DNA of 34,327 nucleotides from Catajapyx aquilonaris (lineage: Eukaryota). The translations under genes were made by a program, and so were the position numbers. The stretch lies in the NCBI GenBank assembly GCA_000934665.2, contig JYFJ02004151.1, positions 1 through 34,327 on the forward strand, read 5' to 3'. The notes below the pieces were generated by a model that was given only the letters and a program-made list of their open reading frames with translations, was not told where the DNA came from and did no database searches. Positions 31,875 to 34,327 of this stretch are shown here, one piece after another (positions within the stretch are counted from its first letter, which is position 1; each line of letters begins with the position of its first letter).

Positions 31875-33121
31875 GGGTAAAATTAGGTTGAATGGCAAGT
31901 CAGGTTGTATGGCAAAGTTTTTTGTTAAATTTAATTAGTTTGGAAATCGCGCCTTTCTAAAGTTGCGGTTTATTCATACTGTGGAGCCACCTTCCAGCTG
32001 TCTTACAAAAAAAATTCACTGCCATCTGTTGTGTGACAACCTAACTATCCGAAGAGGAAGCCATATTGGAAATTGGTTGTCGTCTGCTGGAGAGCGGCCG
32101 GACCTCACCGTCAAAAACACATTATTAGTGAGTTACAAAGGAAGTATTTCATCATTTAATGCACATGAATCTAATTTAGAAAGCTTAAAGAACAATTGTG
32201 ACTAAACACAGTGTTGAAAAATCCACAATAGCGCTCGTACAGGCCTTAACAAAGTTGGCAAATTTTTAAGGTTGCACCTGTCATGGAGGCACTCATTTTT
32301 CTATTCCCGGGCCCGGCAACTCCACCTGCCGGTTGCGCCGCCAAGCGGCGCCCGCCAAAAACCAATAGTATGGAATCGCTACGATCCCATGCTATTTTCC
32401 CGACTTTATAACTCGCGATCGGGTTAATCGATTTCAAATCTGAAACAAGATTTACCCTCCGCTCACTACAGTTTCAAACTTTAGATAGATAAACAACAAC
32501 TAGGGCCATTACCGGGGTCATTAGCCGGGGTCAAAGTTCAAAAAAGTGTCGTTAGTCGCACCAGGGTACAGCCTAAACGGTGCGTCGTAGAGGGTCATAC
32601 AAGCTGTTATTCGAACCGCAATGTTCCCAGGGGGTGCCCTCCTGCCTACCTTTTTTTGAGAAAAACCTTTACTTTTTGAGCTACAAGGCGATTTCGCAAG
32701 TGTCAGTTTTGTGGCTCTCGCTCCCTTTCTGTACCGAGACCGGATATACTTGGGAGGGGGAGGGGGGTCCCAGTCTGGAGTCCACTGCACATGTGACAAT
32801 AAATAAAATTAAGAAATTAAGAATTAATAGTGATTATTATTTCTGATAGACCCAATAAATTGCCATGTAACCTTACACTTTGCCATTCAACCTGATAGGC
32901 TTGCCATTCAACCTACTGTTTTGGAAAATCTTTCTATTTGCAGATTAAATTTAGAAGTTAATTAACATAGAATGTATTGCTTATTTGCTTTCTGTAATTA
33001 TTTACTTACGGTGAAGGATATTTGAAAAATGGTATTGGTCCCAAACTTAGGTTAAAATGGCGAATCTAACCTCGTAAAAAGAAATTGTTGGGAAAATTTG
33101 CCATTCAACCTTACTATACCC
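31875..33121. mobile_element. ~1.25-kb non-autonomous TIR element with TA TSD (Tc1/pogo-like)
   Basis: ta|GGGTAAAATTAGGTTGAATGGCAA ... TTGCCATTCAACCTTACTATACCC|ta; a homologous empty site cactccatataag lies near 25780. Confidence 0.75.
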
Positions 33122-33540
33122 TATTAGTCTTTTCTGAAATTAGGAACTTCAATATTAAGCACATTGAATTTCTATATGATTGGTGCGAATTATTGCCATG
33201 AAACATTCATGCAGAATCGTCACTTCTTTTATATGCGGATTTTAACTCGAATGTTTAATCTTTCACGTATAAACGTAAATTGGTTAATTTTAGAAGGTCT
33301 TTTTGGATTGGACCAAGTCTGTTAGGATGGGTTTAGTTTCTTTCCCATTTTTTTTTTTCTTTTCAAAATAAAACCCTACATACTGCTCTGAGTAGTTTGT
33401 AGCAGTAATTTTTACGAGCCGTTTTTGTTATTGTTTGTAACGCTGGCAGAGTGCCCCTCAAGGCCAAGTAGGCCAGTAAAGGGTAAGGAAAATAAATCAA
33501 TAAATAAAAATTTTATGGGCCGTTCCATGAAGTACTTGAG

Positions 33541-33682
33541 AATTGCTTGAGTAAGACCTATGGTACAGCTTAAATCAATTGGTGAAGGTCTTACGTGCGC
33601 CTGCTTTGTTTCAGTACTTTCATTCACCCACGGAGGTCTTACTACTCTTTTTTTCACTCAAGGGAATGTTTTTGCTCTTATT
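33541..33682 (-). repeat. Third, inverted copy of the 31546-31685 / 25610-25724 repeat
   Basis: ORF 33412-33657(-) KKRVVRPPWVNESTETKQAHVRPSPIDLSCT parallels ORF 31409(+) KKRVRPLWRNESTETRQGHLRPSPIDLSCT. Confidence 0.85.
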
Positions 33683-33744
33683 ATATTTAGAGTGGAAATG
33701 CTGGAATAGCGTTACAGTTTGCATTGGGGAGGTGTAACAATATA

Positions 33745-34327
33745 CACGGTGTCCCTAAATGATTGTCAACTTTTGAAAGCTGCTTAATTTCTATTAGTTG
33801 CGGTGTGCAATGACAAGACATATATAGAACGAAAGACCACATTTGGGAGTTTTTATTGCACACAGAAAAGATGGTTCCGCACTTTGCCGCGAGGCACACA
33901 GGGCCACTCCACAAAATGGTGTCTCCCGAACAGAAAACGTTCCATGTCCTGCAGTTTGCAAAGCTTGGTTCGGTAGTTAGTGTTCAGCAGGCCTTCCGGC
34001 GACAGTACGGAGGACGTTACGCCCCTCCCTACAAATCTACAATCACATTCAACGGTGGTTCCAGAAGTTTCAGACGACAGGATGCCTTTGCAAGGGCAAG
34101 GATCGCCGGATCGGACATGCCTGTCAGTAAGATCTGGTTTTTCCCCAGTGGCCACCAAGGTCTCCCGACCTCACCCCATGTGACTTTTTCCTCTGTGGGT
34201 ATATGTAAAGGACCAGGTCTTCGTACCACAGCTACCTACCAGCCTGTGTGAGTTGAAACGCAGGATTGTTGCTGCTGTGGAATCAATCACACCAGACCTG
34301 CTGGCCTGTGTAGAGAATTGGACTATC
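33745..34327 (+). mobile_element. Internally deleted Tc1/mariner-superfamily element (DUF4817-type HTH plus WPPRSPDL), running off the window end
   Basis: ta|CACGGTGTCC terminus. 33916 MVSPEQKTFHVLQFAKLGSVVSVQQAFRRQY is joined almost directly to WPPRSPDLTPCDFFL (34149). Confidence 0.8.

Overview
Eukaryotic, invertebrate (probably arthropod-like; H4 begins MTGRGK) genomic DNA. From left to right: (1) transposon remnants. (2) A spliced ELL-associated factor (EAF) gene on the minus strand, with a GC-AG intron and a possible extra 5' coding exon. (3) A ~12-kb rearranged cluster of replication-dependent histone genes, all with 3' stem-loops: psi-H4(-), an H2A 3' fragment(-), a 5'-truncated but open APE-RT LINE(+), psi-H2B(-), H2A(+), H3(-), psi-H4(+), an H2A fragment(-) fused by a fold-back to an H2B fragment(+), and a doubly frameshifted H1(+). 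(4) A tRNA-derived SINE and a decayed Harbinger/ISL2EU-like transposase. (5) A multi-exon C2H2 zinc-finger (pseudo)gene containing piggyBac, mariner and MITE insertions, then further DNA-transposon remnants. The most notable signal is that the only two intact core histone ORFs are divergent variants. The H3 is full length but both ARKS motifs are altered (R8L; residues 25-34 become [10 protein letters not shown], so K27 and S28 are absent). The H2A has a remodelled L1 region and a DLKKSR(I/M)NP motif shared by a second, diverged copy. This suggests a lineage-specific variant histone family that is decaying at this locus. All calls come from reading the sequence; no database searches were run.
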